In this document: positions 1 to 8,128 of the stretch, piece after piece | Position numbering within the stretch: position 1 is the first letter of the stretch | How the letters are laid out: every line of letters begins with the position of its first letter | From: Faecalibaculum rodentium | GTDB taxonomy: Bacteria; Bacillota_I; Bacilli_A; Erysipelotrichales; Erysipelotrichaceae | DNA length: 32,000 bases | Assembly: GCF_001564455.1 (NCBI RefSeq) | Contig: NZ_CP011391.1 | Span: 2,160,001 to 2,192,000, forward strand | Reading direction: 5' to 3' | The notes under the pieces: generated by a model | The model's database searches: none | What the model was told of the DNA's origin: nothing | The model's input: only the letters and a program-made list of their open reading frames with translations | Translations under genes and position numbers: made by a program

Positions 1-866
1 AATGCCGCCAGGGTGGGCAGCAGCACATCCCGGTATTCATTGTCCGGGGTATGGACATCAAAGCGGATCCCGTCTTCGGTCCGCTGCAGATTCGATGCCC
101 TGAAATCCCGGCCATATTCCAGCACGCGCACCCCGAGACTTTGGGCTCTGTCACGGAAGATTTTGCGCACCGCCTGATCCTGACGGGCCATGACCAGGGT
201 CCGGGTCCCTGGCTGAAGGATATGCGCCTTGTCCCGGGCGATGGCTTCCAGACTGCCCCCGAGTTCACGCAGGTGTTCCTTGAAAACCGGCGTCACCAGG
301 GCTGTCTCATGGGGGATGCTGCCCACATCATCGAACTGCACACCCTTGCCGCATTCAAAGACCTGGAACGCGGCATGGTTTTCCTCAAAATACAACCGGG
401 CAGTCATGGCCTGGCTGCCAATGGGGCTGATGAACTGCCCTGACGGGACAGCCACTGTATCCAGACAGGCTTTCGCTTCGCCCACCAGACGGCTGAAATC
501 CCTGCAGCCGATCATGGAGCCGCCCAGCCGGATACGTTCCCGGAAATCCAGAATGTGAGGACTGGTCAGCAGGCCGCAGGGACCCTGTTTTTCCAGAAGA
601 GCCGCCAGCATCCTGGCGGTGGAGCCTTTGCCCTTGGATCCGGTGACCAGGGCGGTCGGAACGGAAACAGGTTTCGAGAGCCAGGATGCCGTCAGTTCCG
701 GATGGCGCTTCCGGGAATCCGGCACATCCCACTGTCTGTCCGGATCGGCTTTCTGCCAGGAGGCGTAAATATAGTCCACCGCCTGTTCACAGGTCATATC
801 CGGCACCGGTTCCTGATTCCCCTGCATATCCACAGCCGGTCCCCGGTTTTCTTCCTGCCGTTTCAT
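1..866 (-). CDS. FolC/Mur-ligase-like ATP-dependent ligase, N-terminal part only (gene runs off the window start)
   Basis: My translation of the minus strand from ATG 866-864 gives MKRQEENRGPAVDMQGNQEPVPDMTCEQAVDYIYASWQKA...PTALVTGSKGKGSTARMLAALLEKQGPCGLLTSPHILDFRERI...FECGKGVQFDDV. It stays open to position 1. The GSKGKGST P-loop followed by TSPH is typical of FolC/Mur ligases. It shares an ATGA start/stop overlap with the upstream gene. It is absent from the ORF track because it has no stop inside the window. Confidence 0.7.
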   Translation of the reverse strand, partial: MKRQEENRGPAVDMQGNQEPVPDMTCEQAVDYIYASWQKADPDRQWDVPDSRKRHPELTASWLSKPVSVPTALVTGSKGKGSTARMLAALLEKQGPCGLLTSPHILDFRERIRLGGSMIGCRDFSRLVGEAKACLDTVAVPSGQFISPIGSQAMTARLYFEENHAAFQVFECGKGVQFDDVGSIPHETALVTPVFKEHLRELGGSLEAIARDKAHILQPGTRTLVMARQDQAVRKIFRDRAQSLGVRVLEYGRDFRASNLQRTEDGIRFDVHTPDNEYRDVLLPTLAA

Positions 867-2449
867 CACCGTACCTTTTCCCTTTCTTCCCGCAGCACAA
901 AGTACACCAGCACCGGCGCTGCCAGGGCGGAGACCGCCAGCGAGGTCCAGACATCCGGGAGCACCTCGGAAACCGCCAGCAGGGTACCCAGGATCGTCAT
1001 TGCCTGCACCTGGGAGTACTTGGACAGGATATGATTCATGTTTCTTCCGACCGTGACCACATCATTGACGGAATTCATGCCCAGTTTCAGCCTCGCGGGA
1101 GCCGGAAGACCGATCTGACCGGAATCCACGGTTTCGCAGTTCAGGACCCGCAGCGAAAGGCTGTCACGTCCGTACCGGATGATGATCTTGTCATTTTCCC
1201 CCACGCCCAGAAGGGTCATCATGTCCGGGTTCAGCCTGGCGATGCTGTTGCGGTCATCCGTGTCCTGCGTCCAGGTGACTTTCAGGTCGAATTCAGCAGT
1301 CCCGATCATGTGTTCCAGCAGCCGGTTCCAGAGCTTTGCCGGCAACGGCCGGCGGATCATTCGCCGGGGCCTGCGCAGGATCTCCGCGCGATGAAACAGA
1401 GGCGACTGTGTCTGCAAAACCGCCAGGTCCTGATACAGCCGGGATTCGGGATCCAGTGCCGCATCCAGGTCATAGAACATCTCCGATTCCACCGGATGAT
1501 AGGTCTGCGTCATCAAGTCCCGCTGTTCTGGGGTCATTTCCTCCAGCAGCCGGACATAGCTTTCCTTGCGGATCCGCGCCACAGGATAACTGGCCCAGCC
1601 CATCAGGATGCGGTAGTACCGGGGAACCATGACTTTCCGGGCGGATTTTCCGTTTTTCACCACCCGGCCATGGTCCTGATAGTCGCTGCCTTCAAATGGC
1701 AGGTACATCCGGGTATCTGTCAGTGGGTTGTACAGCCAGAAATCACTGTCCGCCGCTTCCGGTTCCAGATCCTGGTACAGCAAGGAGGAAAAATACACCC
1801 GGCTGATCTGATCGGCCTTGGGCAAGCCCAGGTCGTAGTTTTCTTCAAAATCCGCGCCCACCAGCAAAGGCGCTCCTTCCAGCCCCGGGGTTTCTTCCGT
1901 GCCTTCGATCCACTCCCTTCCATACAGCGTGCGGATCAGGCGGTTGGTCAGCAGGATCTCGCCTGTTTCCGGTTTTTCACTCCCTGCAGCCGGGTTGGTC
2001 CACAGTGTGGCCTGCGCTCCCTGGGGTCCCACAGCCTGCAGCCGGGAAAAAGGGGGAAAATCCGGCGTCACGACCCGGTCCTGCGGCTTGTGCCTGACTG
2101 CCCGGCCCAGGCGGCAGACCCGGTAGCGTGTATCGTAAGGTATGTTCTCCAGTGCTGTCAGGCACTCCCGGTCCATGGGATCCAGGATCACTCCCTGCCT
2201 TGTGGCTGTCACCTTCACGGGTTTCTTTTTCCAGTCACACCAGGCCTGCAGCCAGTCAGCCGCCAGAGCCGCTTCCGGTAAAACGTCCTCGTGAAACAGA
2301 GTTTCAGAGGAAGATCCGGATCCTTTGACAGCTTCGGCACCATTTGAAGCTTCGGTCTCCTGGCTTGCGTCTGCACCGGTCTCCATCTTTCCGTCTGCCG
2401 GCATCACAGGGACCATCACACCGTCAGCAAACCGCAGCATCTCAGGCAC
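866..2449 (-). CDS. Hypothetical 527-aa protein with a C-terminal membrane anchor; function unknown
   Basis: ORF track. It overlaps both neighbours (4 nt and 8 nt), which suggests translational coupling. The C-terminus is hydrophobic (ILGTLLAVSEVLPDVWTSLAVSALAAPVLVYFVL). By eye, the segment RLNPDMMTLLGVGENDKIIIRYGRDSLSLRV resembles a CDC48-N/AbrB-type beta-barrel motif, but this is weak. The ORF-track start at 2449 is GTG; an ATG at 2440 is the alternative. Confidence 0.7.
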   Translation of the reverse strand: MPEMLRFADGVMVPVMPADGKMETGADASQETEASNGAEAVKGSGSSSETLFHEDVLPEAALAADWLQAWCDWKKKPVKVTATRQGVILDPMDRECLTALENIPYDTRYRVCRLGRAVRHKPQDRVVTPDFPPFSRLQAVGPQGAQATLWTNPAAGSEKPETGEILLTNRLIRTLYGREWIEGTEETPGLEGAPLLVGADFEENYDLGLPKADQISRVYFSSLLYQDLEPEAADSDFWLYNPLTDTRMYLPFEGSDYQDHGRVVKNGKSARKVMVPRYYRILMGWASYPVARIRKESYVRLLEEMTPEQRDLMTQTYHPVESEMFYDLDAALDPESRLYQDLAVLQTQSPLFHRAEILRRPRRMIRRPLPAKLWNRLLEHMIGTAEFDLKVTWTQDTDDRNSIARLNPDMMTLLGVGENDKIIIRYGRDSLSLRVLNCETVDSGQIGLPAPARLKLGMNSVNDVVTVGRNMNHILSKYSQVQAMTILGTLLAVSEVLPDVWTSLAVSALAAPVLVYFVLREEREKVR

Positions 2450-3083
2450 AGGAAATCACCAGGTCTTTCAGGGCATTCAGCAGCATGGCCAGGTTTTCCG
2501 GGTTGTCCGGATCCCGGTATTTCCGGTTGATTTCCAGCTGCAGGGCCGGCACCTTCAGGTCCCGGATACAGAACCGGGTCACGGTTTCGGTTTTCGCCGC
2601 CGAAAACAGCCGGTCGCTCCAGATCTTCTCCGGGTTGAAACCCTGAGTCAGAAAACACAGACGGGCTTTCTGCACCAGCGGGCTTTTCCCTTCCCACCCC
2701 GGGCCGGTACCCAGTTCCACATCAAAGGGCTGCGAGGCTTTTGCGCCATGAAGATCCAGCACCACTTTCACCGGGTCATCCTGCAGGATCCGCGCGAGTT
2801 CCTGTTTGTAAGGGCTGATGGATGCCGGATCGTGGTTTCCGTCTGCATTGCGGGACTGTCCTGCCGCCAGTACGGCACATCCGGTTTGTGCATGCAGCCA
2901 CAAAGCCAGGGCCCCGGTGTACAGATCCGCGTTTTTTTCCCTGCCATCCCGCCAGTGTGTCACAGCGTGCGGCGCTGAGACCAGCACCGGAATGCTGCCC
3001 GGAAGAACCAGCAGCGGCGGCAGGTTTCCTGACTGAAATGCCTGTTCCAGATCCTGGATGTCATCAAAATTCATGCTTGTCAT
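2442..3083 (-). CDS. N-formylglutamate amidohydrolase (FGase)-like zinc hydrolase family protein (functional call tentative)
   Basis: ORF track, 213 aa. By eye it has FGase-like blocks: VSAPHAV...D, SRNADGNHDP, VVLDLHGAK...DVELGTG and ALQLEINRKY. An AAGGG RBS lies 8 nt upstream of ATG 3083. It overlaps the folC stop by 20 nt. Confidence 0.6.
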   Translation of the reverse strand: MTSMNFDDIQDLEQAFQSGNLPPLLVLPGSIPVLVSAPHAVTHWRDGREKNADLYTGALALWLHAQTGCAVLAAGQSRNADGNHDPASISPYKQELARILQDDPVKVVLDLHGAKASQPFDVELGTGPGWEGKSPLVQKARLCFLTQGFNPEKIWSDRLFSAAKTETVTRFCIRDLKVPALQLEINRKYRDPDNPENLAMLLNALKDLVISCA

Positions 3084-4191
3084 AGTGTTTCCCTTTTAAT
3101 ACAGCAGCAGCAAATTTCAGCGAACCGCAGTACAGTGCCGGTTTGTCTGATGACAGGGATTCCTCCAGGGAAACCAGGTCCAGGCCGAACTGCGCCGACA
3201 GTTCTTCCAGATCCGCCAGCCTCCGGGTGTCAAAACGGACCAGAGTCACGGCTTTTCCCGTCTCCAGCAGCCTTCTAATCATCTCCGGTGCCTGTTTGTC
3301 CGCCAGCACTGAGAAGAAAATCCGGTCCACCCCGGGCAGAGACCGGCAAAGAGCTTCGATGCCTTCGGGATTGTGGGCGCCGTCCACGACCTGGAGGGGA
3401 TCCTGGCTGACAACCTGCATCCGTCCTGGCCAGAAGAAGTTCTTTTCTGCCTGTTCCAGCGGTTTCACAGGAATGTTCGCTGCCGTCAGCAGCGCTGCTG
3501 CCAGTCCCAGGTTGGCTTCCTGGTACTTTGGAAAGTCCTCGGGCAGCGAAAGAGCCGGAACTTTGGTCAGAAGAGTTCCGGCCTGGGCCGCTTCGCGGGA
3601 AAGAATTTCAAAAAGTGCCGGATCCTGTTCTGCGGTGAGTGCGGGAATGCCGGGTTTGAAGATGCCGGCTTTGGCTTTTGCGATTTCTTCCAAAGTGTTG
3701 CCCAGATACTGCATATGGTCCCGGCCGATGTTGGTGATTCCCGTCGCCAGGTAGTCCAGTGCGGTCGTCGCATCCCGCTCACCGCCAAGACCTGTCTCCA
3801 TCAGCATGAGATCCACGCGGTTTTCCGCAAACCAGACCATGGCCATCCAGAGGTCGGCTTCGAACATTGTGAAGTCCTGTTCTTCAAACAGCGGCAGCCA
3901 GCGGTCGTAAATCTCTTCCCATTTGTCTGCCGGGATTGGCTGATGGTTGACAGCCATGCGTTCGAAATGACTGAACATATGGGGTGAGGTAAAGGTGCCG
4001 ATGACAGGTCTGTCCGCCAGCAGTGACATCCAGGTCACGGTGCTGCCTTTGCCGTTGGTGCCGGCGACCTGGATGGCGGGGATTTTCAGAGTTTCCGGAA
4101 TATGCTGCTCCATCAGCTTTCGCAGCTGTCCTGGAGGGCGGTTTATGCCGATGCGGGATTCCAGGGCTGCGATTTTTTCGCTCAGTGTCAT
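3064..4191 (-). CDS. folC: Bifunctional folylpolyglutamate synthase / dihydrofolate synthase
   Basis: Motifs VAGTNGKGST, TSPH, ETGLGGERDAT and ITNIGRDHMQYLG. The ORF-track start at 4323 would run antisense through ung. I place the start at the internal ATG 4191-4189 (MTLSEKIAALE...). Confidence 0.88.
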   Translation of the reverse strand: MTLSEKIAALESRIGINRPPGQLRKLMEQHIPETLKIPAIQVAGTNGKGSTVTWMSLLADRPVIGTFTSPHMFSHFERMAVNHQPIPADKWEEIYDRWLPLFEEQDFTMFEADLWMAMVWFAENRVDLMLMETGLGGERDATTALDYLATGITNIGRDHMQYLGNTLEEIAKAKAGIFKPGIPALTAEQDPALFEILSREAAQAGTLLTKVPALSLPEDFPKYQEANLGLAAALLTAANIPVKPLEQAEKNFFWPGRMQVVSQDPLQVVDGAHNPEGIEALCRSLPGVDRIFFSVLADKQAPEMIRRLLETGKAVTLVRFDTRRLADLEELSAQFGLDLVSLEESLSSDKPALYCGSLKFAAAVLKGKHYDKHEF

Positions 4192-4197
4192 GGTTCC

Positions 4198-4219
4198 ATT
4201 ATAGTCAGGTCCGTATAAT
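4198..4219. promoter_or_regulatory. Back-to-back perfect TATAAT boxes for divergent folC and ung, each 6 nt from its ATG (candidate leaderless starts)
   Basis: Plus strand: TATAAT 4214-4219, then ggggct, then ATG 4226. Minus strand: TATAAT 4203-4198, then ggaacc, then ATG 4191. Neither has a convincing -35 or SD. Confidence 0.4.
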
Positions 4220-4225
4220 GGGGCT

Positions 4226-4903
4226 ATGACGATCACAAACAACAGCTGGGATGCACTGATCCAGCGGGAGAAGGAAAAGGAGTATCTGAATGACCTGGAC
4301 TGGGCTTTGGCCCGGGAATACAAGACGAAGAAGATCTATCCGCCGAAGGAGCAGATTTTCGAGGCGCTCAAGAAGACCCCGAAGGAGAATGTGAAGGTGG
4401 TGATCCTTGGGCAGGATCCCTATCATGGTGAGGGCCAGGCGCATGGGATGGCGTTTTCGGTGAATCACGGGGTGAAGATCCCGCCTTCCCTGCGGAATAT
4501 GTACAAGGAGCTGGAGAATGAATACCAGGTGCCGTTCTCGAGAGACGGCAACCTGGAGGACTGGGCGAAGGACGGGGTGCTGCTTCTGAACCCGATCCTG
4601 ACGGTGGAGGAAGGCAGGCCGCTGTCCCATGAGAAGCTGGGATGGCAGCGGTTTACGGATGAAATCATTGATGAGCTGGAGAAGCAGGATCAGCCGATCG
4701 TGTATCTGTTGTGGGGCAGCCGGGCGAGGCAGAAAAAGGAGCGGATCCACAACCCGAATCATCTGGTGCTGGAGTCGCCGCATCCGAGTCCCCTGTCGGC
4801 AAGCCGTGGGTTTTTCGGGAACGGGCATTTCCGGAAGGCGAATGAGTTTCTGGAAGCGCATGGGGTGCAGCCGGTGAACTGGACGAGAAGCACGCTCAAG
4901 TAG
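4226..4903 (+). CDS. ung: Uracil-DNA glycosylase (family 1)
   Basis: 225 aa with GQDPYHGEGQAHGMAFSV, LLLNPILTV and ESPHPSPLSASRGFFG motifs. Confidence 0.95.
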   Translation: MTITNNSWDALIQREKEKEYLNDLDWALAREYKTKKIYPPKEQIFEALKKTPKENVKVVILGQDPYHGEGQAHGMAFSVNHGVKIPPSLRNMYKELENEYQVPFSRDGNLEDWAKDGVLLLNPILTVEEGRPLSHEKLGWQRFTDEIIDELEKQDQPIVYLLWGSRARQKKERIHNPNHLVLESPHPSPLSASRGFFGNGHFRKANEFLEAHGVQPVNWTRSTLK

Positions 4904-4920
4904 GAAGAGAATATGAAAAG

Positions 4921-4940
4921 GGCCTGTCAGATGGCAGGCT
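4921..4940. terminator. Hairpin between convergent genes (possible bidirectional terminator)
   Basis: ggcctgtc-agat-ggcaggct forms an imperfect 7-bp stem between the ung stop (4903) and the minus-gene stop (4949). There is no strong T-run. Confidence 0.3.
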
Positions 4941-4948
4941 CAGAAACG

Positions 4949-5551
4949 TCAGTTATGTTCATATAAGTGGATAGTTGAGGTGATTTCCTCCAGCTGCGCT
5001 GTGACGCTTTCGGCATCATGGTCCTGGGACTGATCATACTGCACCAGGAGCAGGAGCAGCCTGTCCAGCTGGTCCAGGACAGACTGGGATTCACGGATAT
5101 AGCCGCTGAATACGAGTTCCCTCTCTTTTGTGGGGGAATCACTGCCGAAGGCTGCCACAGCCCGCTGGCCCTGGTCCACATTGCCTGCAAGAACGGACAG
5201 AGCCGACTGCGCTGCACCGGAGAATCTGGCAGCGGTCAGGGAGCCGGCGCCAAAGAGAGTGTCCACAAGCTGGCGGATGCGGCTGAGCTTCTCCTGCCCG
5301 TCATGATTCAGCAGGACAAGCTGCTGAAGCTGTGGGGCATAGGGAGAATCCTGGGACTTTTCAGCCCCTGCCCGTGGTATGAGCAGCAGAATGATCATGA
5401 GGACCGAGGCCATCATGATGATTACGGAAGCCACCTGGACCCAGGTTCGCAGGGTGCTGGTGCAAGCCCAGCAGGCAAGCGCAAGACAAAGGGCAGAAAT
5501 CACAATGTAAAGGGCACGGGATTTCCCGGTCATATCCTTGATTTTTTGCAT
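4949..5551 (-). CDS. Membrane protein with two N-terminal TM helices and a helical C-terminal domain (possibly XpaC-like)
   Basis: This is the ORF-track ORF 4949..5815, trimmed to ATG 5551 (MQKIKDMTGKSRALYIVISALCLALACWA...VIIMMASVLMIILLLI...). The longer version would overlap the RBS and start of the divergent gene at 5580. The family assignment is by eye only. Confidence 0.6.
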   Translation of the reverse strand: MQKIKDMTGKSRALYIVISALCLALACWACTSTLRTWVQVASVIIMMASVLMIILLLIPRAGAEKSQDSPYAPQLQQLVLLNHDGQEKLSRIRQLVDTLFGAGSLTAARFSGAAQSALSVLAGNVDQGQRAVAAFGSDSPTKERELVFSGYIRESQSVLDQLDRLLLLLVQYDQSQDHDAESVTAQLEEITSTIHLYEHN

Positions 5552-5579
5552 ACCATTATTGTACAGCGGGGAGGATATC

Positions 5580-6251
5580 ATGAAGCAATTGCGGCCAGCA
5601 GTTATTTTGATTCCACTGCTTCTTGTCGCACTGGCACTGGCAGGGCTGACATGGAAAGACAGGCAGGCGCAGAAGGAACTGGCGGAACTATATACTCCTT
5701 CAGAGGTATGGCAAAGCGCAGATCCCAATGAGCTGTTCTCACCGGAAATCATCGGCGGATTCCAGAATGAGGATATGACTGTCATCACCATCAGGCAGAA
5801 AACAACCGTTCCCATGCAGACTGGCGCTCAGACGCTGTATCTGCGGGCAGGCAACACTGCCAGAAGCGCCGCCTATTTTCCGGCGACAAACAGCACTGAT
5901 ACGGTCTACAGCTACGCGGCTTTTGACGGCACATCTCTGGAAGATGCCCTGGCGGCGCAGATGGAGTATGGGACCGCTGAAGCGGGATATCTCAAGACTG
6001 ACGACAGGGTGCATGAATGGGAAGTGGACTTTACGCAGGACAACGATATAATCAGCGGGCGGCTTCCGACGGATGCGTTTATGGAGCAGCCACTGGCGCC
6101 TCAGTTCAATATCCTGTTCATGCAGGGTAAGCAGGTCGTGTTCGCGGATGTTCTGAACGAGGAGATCGAGGTGGGCAGCCCGGTTAGGTTTGAGTACAGG
6201 CTTCCGTTTGTGCTGCCGGAGTTTGACAGGATCATAGTGAGGACGATGTAG
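5580..6251 (+). CDS. Hypothetical secreted or membrane-anchored protein
   Basis: A GGGGAGG RBS lies 6 nt before ATG 5580. The N-terminal signal/anchor is MKQLRPAVILIPLLLVALALAGL. A strong terminator follows. Confidence 0.7.
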   Translation: MKQLRPAVILIPLLLVALALAGLTWKDRQAQKELAELYTPSEVWQSADPNELFSPEIIGGFQNEDMTVITIRQKTTVPMQTGAQTLYLRAGNTARSAAYFPATNSTDTVYSYAAFDGTSLEDALAAQMEYGTAEAGYLKTDDRVHEWEVDFTQDNDIISGRLPTDAFMEQPLAPQFNILFMQGKQVVFADVLNEEIEVGSPVRFEYRLPFVLPEFDRIIVRTM

Positions 6252-6274
6252 GCGGCCGGAAAGGCCGCTTTTTT
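6252..6274 (+). terminator. Rho-independent terminator
   Basis: GCGGCC-ggaaa-GGCCGC followed by TTTTTT, immediately after the stop codon at 6249-6251. Confidence 0.85.
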
Positions 6275-6321
6275 CAGATGAAATGTGAAACTCTCATAAA
6301 ATGAAAGCCACGATTAAAAGG

Positions 6322-6342
6322 CCTCCTCTCGGGAGGTTTTTT
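6322..6342. terminator. Hairpin with T-run downstream of the transposase gene (bidirectional)
   Basis: CCTCC-tctcg-GGAGG followed by TTTTTT on the plus strand. On the minus strand the same stem is followed by CCTTTT. Confidence 0.45.
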
Positions 6343-6368
6343 AAATTTTCTGAATGCTTACATATTGT

Positions 6369-7790
6369 CTAAATCGTTGATATCGCTCCAGTTTGATATT
6401 CACATTGAGCAATTCCTATCTGGGCCAGTAACTGCTCTATCTTGTGTTTCATCTCATCATCTGTATTCTGCAGCATCTCTACGATCTCTTTTGCGGTCCT
6501 GATAATTGCCGGAGCATCTGTTGCCTCTGCTGATGTCTCCATACTCTGTTCCCGCTCACTCTGTTCTTTTTCCAATACCGCCGGGATCTGTTTCTTTCTC
6601 TCTTGGAAATATTCACCTGTCTGGAACATATGATAGGCAAGAACCATCATCTTTCTCGCAATCGCAATCAATGCGCGTTTTTTACCGCGTCGGGCTGCGA
6701 TAGCCTCATACTTCCCCTTGAAATATGGGTGCTTCACTGCGTTCAGAGCACATTGAATCAACACAGGCTTTAGATAATATCCGCCTTTTCCAATTTTGAC
6801 CGATTTATGTTTGTTGTTGCTCTGATTGCTTTGAGGGCACAGTCCACACCAGCTTATGAAGTGCTTCTCGTTCTTGAACTGTCCCATGTCTGTTCCTGTT
6901 TCGCTTAGTATCTGCATCGCCGAAAGCCCGGAGATTCCCGGGATGGAATCAAGCAAATCAAGATAGGACTTGAATGGTTCGAGAATTTCCGTCATCATTT
7001 GTTCGTAGCGTTGGATTTGCGCAGTGAGTCGGTCAACTCTTTCATACGCATTTTCAAGCTCGAATTTCTGGACGGAGGAGAACTTTGCACCAGCGAATGC
7101 TTTGCGAAGTTCTTCTTCTTTTTCTTTGCGCTCTTTATGGGTGGAGAACCGCATGATCCGGCAGCTTTTCCGTATCCGCTTTTTCACTTCCTCCAAATCC
7201 GGTTCCTCTGTCGTGAGCAGGTATTCGATCACACTTCGGGCCGACTCTCCTTCGATCCCGGAAAAAACAAGATCCATACGGATATTCGCTTCTGTCAGAA
7301 TATTCCGGATCCTTCGGATCGTATCCCCTCTTTCCTGTACCAGTTTAGTTCTGGACCGTGAGAGCCTTCTGGATTCCCGAAGCTCCCGGACCGGGATATA
7401 TGACTCTCTCAACAGACCGTTGGCCCCAAGTTCAGCGATCCAGGCACAGTCTTTCTGGTCCGTTTTTTGTCCGGCTATGGTCCGGACATGCTTTGGGTTG
7501 ACGATATGGGGTTTCAATCCCATTTCCTCACAGACATCAAAAACAGGGGTGGAATACTTTCCGGTCGATTCCATATAAACATCTATCGCTCTGTCTTCCA
7601 GATCCGGAAGAGTTGTATAGATCCATTCACACATTGAGGCAAGATCTGTATGATTTGAGTCAAATTTTTTGGTGACGAACACAAGCCCGTCTTTCCCTTT
7701 GGCCGGATCTTTGAAGGTCACACAGGCCCAGACATTATTTCTATGGACATCCAAACCGACACAGACCGGTTTTCTGTTACGAACAGCCAT
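6369..7790 (-). CDS. IS110-family transposase (DEDD N-terminal domain plus Transposase_20 C-terminal domain)
   Basis: 473 aa. The N-terminus is KPVCVGLDVHRNNVWACV. The C-terminal block is IPGISGLSAMQILSETGTDMGQFKNEKHFISWCGLCPQSNQS. A GAGAGGA RBS lies upstream of ATG 7790. Confidence 0.93.
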   Translation of the reverse strand: MAVRNRKPVCVGLDVHRNNVWACVTFKDPAKGKDGLVFVTKKFDSNHTDLASMCEWIYTTLPDLEDRAIDVYMESTGKYSTPVFDVCEEMGLKPHIVNPKHVRTIAGQKTDQKDCAWIAELGANGLLRESYIPVRELRESRRLSRSRTKLVQERGDTIRRIRNILTEANIRMDLVFSGIEGESARSVIEYLLTTEEPDLEEVKKRIRKSCRIMRFSTHKERKEKEEELRKAFAGAKFSSVQKFELENAYERVDRLTAQIQRYEQMMTEILEPFKSYLDLLDSIPGISGLSAMQILSETGTDMGQFKNEKHFISWCGLCPQSNQSNNKHKSVKIGKGGYYLKPVLIQCALNAVKHPYFKGKYEAIAARRGKKRALIAIARKMMVLAYHMFQTGEYFQERKKQIPAVLEKEQSEREQSMETSAEATDAPAIIRTAKEIVEMLQNTDDEMKHKIEQLLAQIGIAQCEYQTGAISTI

Positions 7791-7811
7791 GGTCGAAAAC
7801 TCCTCTCAAAC

Positions 7812-7950
7812 AAAAAAATGCCGGAGTGGAAGTTGATCCATCCATTGAACTTGTCGAGAAAAAACCGACAGCCTATACAAAATGTTCAGAATATTCGTGA
7901 TGAATTTCTACCCAGGGATACTATTTAGATCAACGGCGACTTATAAAAAA
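7812..7950 (-). ncRNA. Candidate IS110 bridge-RNA-like ncRNA in the left-end non-coding region
   Basis: About 170 nt of non-coding left end lie upstream of the transposase. This region has a TATAAG -10-like box (7945-7940). A bulged 7-bp hairpin (GGATGGA...TCCACTCC, 7843-7823) followed by TTTTTTT (7818-7812) lies just before the transposase RBS. IS110 bridge RNAs are encoded at this position (known from IS621, from memory). I did not resolve the guide loops. Confidence 0.35.
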
Positions 7951-8104
7951 ACAATCTCATGAAGACTGTGTGAGAAGTCCGCATGGAATAAATGTGTATC
8001 GTGCTCTCACCAGCTCCGGCAAGATAAATATAACAGGGGCCGGAACGGCCCCATCTAAGTTTCACTGATCCAAGGGTGGACCTCGCATGCGAGGTCCATG
8101 AATG

Positions 8105-8128
8105 AAAAAAAGCCCCGCACGTGCGGGG
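8105..8128 (-). terminator. Intrinsic terminator formed by the degenerate terminal CRISPR repeat
   Basis: The minus strand reads CCCCGC-ACGT-GCGGGG C TTTTTTT. The repeat stem-loop is kept, but the GTGATCC handle is replaced by a 7-T run (plus-strand A-run 8105-8111). Confidence 0.6.

Larger units (their letters stand above)
6298..7960 (-). mobile_element. IS110-family insertion sequence (boundaries approximate)
   Basis: It carries a DEDD-type transposase CDS, with about 170 nt of non-coding sequence upstream and about 70 nt downstream. TCTCAT direct repeats at 6292-6297 and 7955-7960 are the candidate junctions. No terminal inverted repeats are expected for this family. Confidence 0.6.

Noticed and set aside
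686-2281. A long plus-strand ORF (531 aa) and similar long ORFs antisense to real genes. Examples: 26917..28500, 28522..30444, 15640..16764, 19024..19827, 21677..22330, 4205..4861, 25031..25693, 25725..26450 and 5018..5731.
   Set aside because: Their composition is low-complexity and rich in Arg/Pro/Gly or His/Gln. They have no motifs, and they lie opposite ORFs with clear family signatures. These are typical stop-poor antisense frames in G+C-rich DNA.
4192-4323. N-terminal extensions proposed by the ORF track for folC (to 4323), cas6e (to 13361), the membrane protein (to 5815), the AEC transporter (to 26737), Fic (to 24804) and cas3 (GTG 20232).
   Set aside because: The extensions run through neighbouring genes, RBSs or promoters and lack family-like sequence. 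Internal starts with RBSs, or with family-typical N-termini, fit better.
8036-8097. GC-rich hairpins at 8036-8052 and 8078-8097, considered as additional decayed CRISPR repeats.
   Set aside because: Their spacing from the last repeat (5 nt and 42 nt) does not fit the 61-nt period, and their sequence identity to the repeat is low. They are reported only as trailer hairpins.
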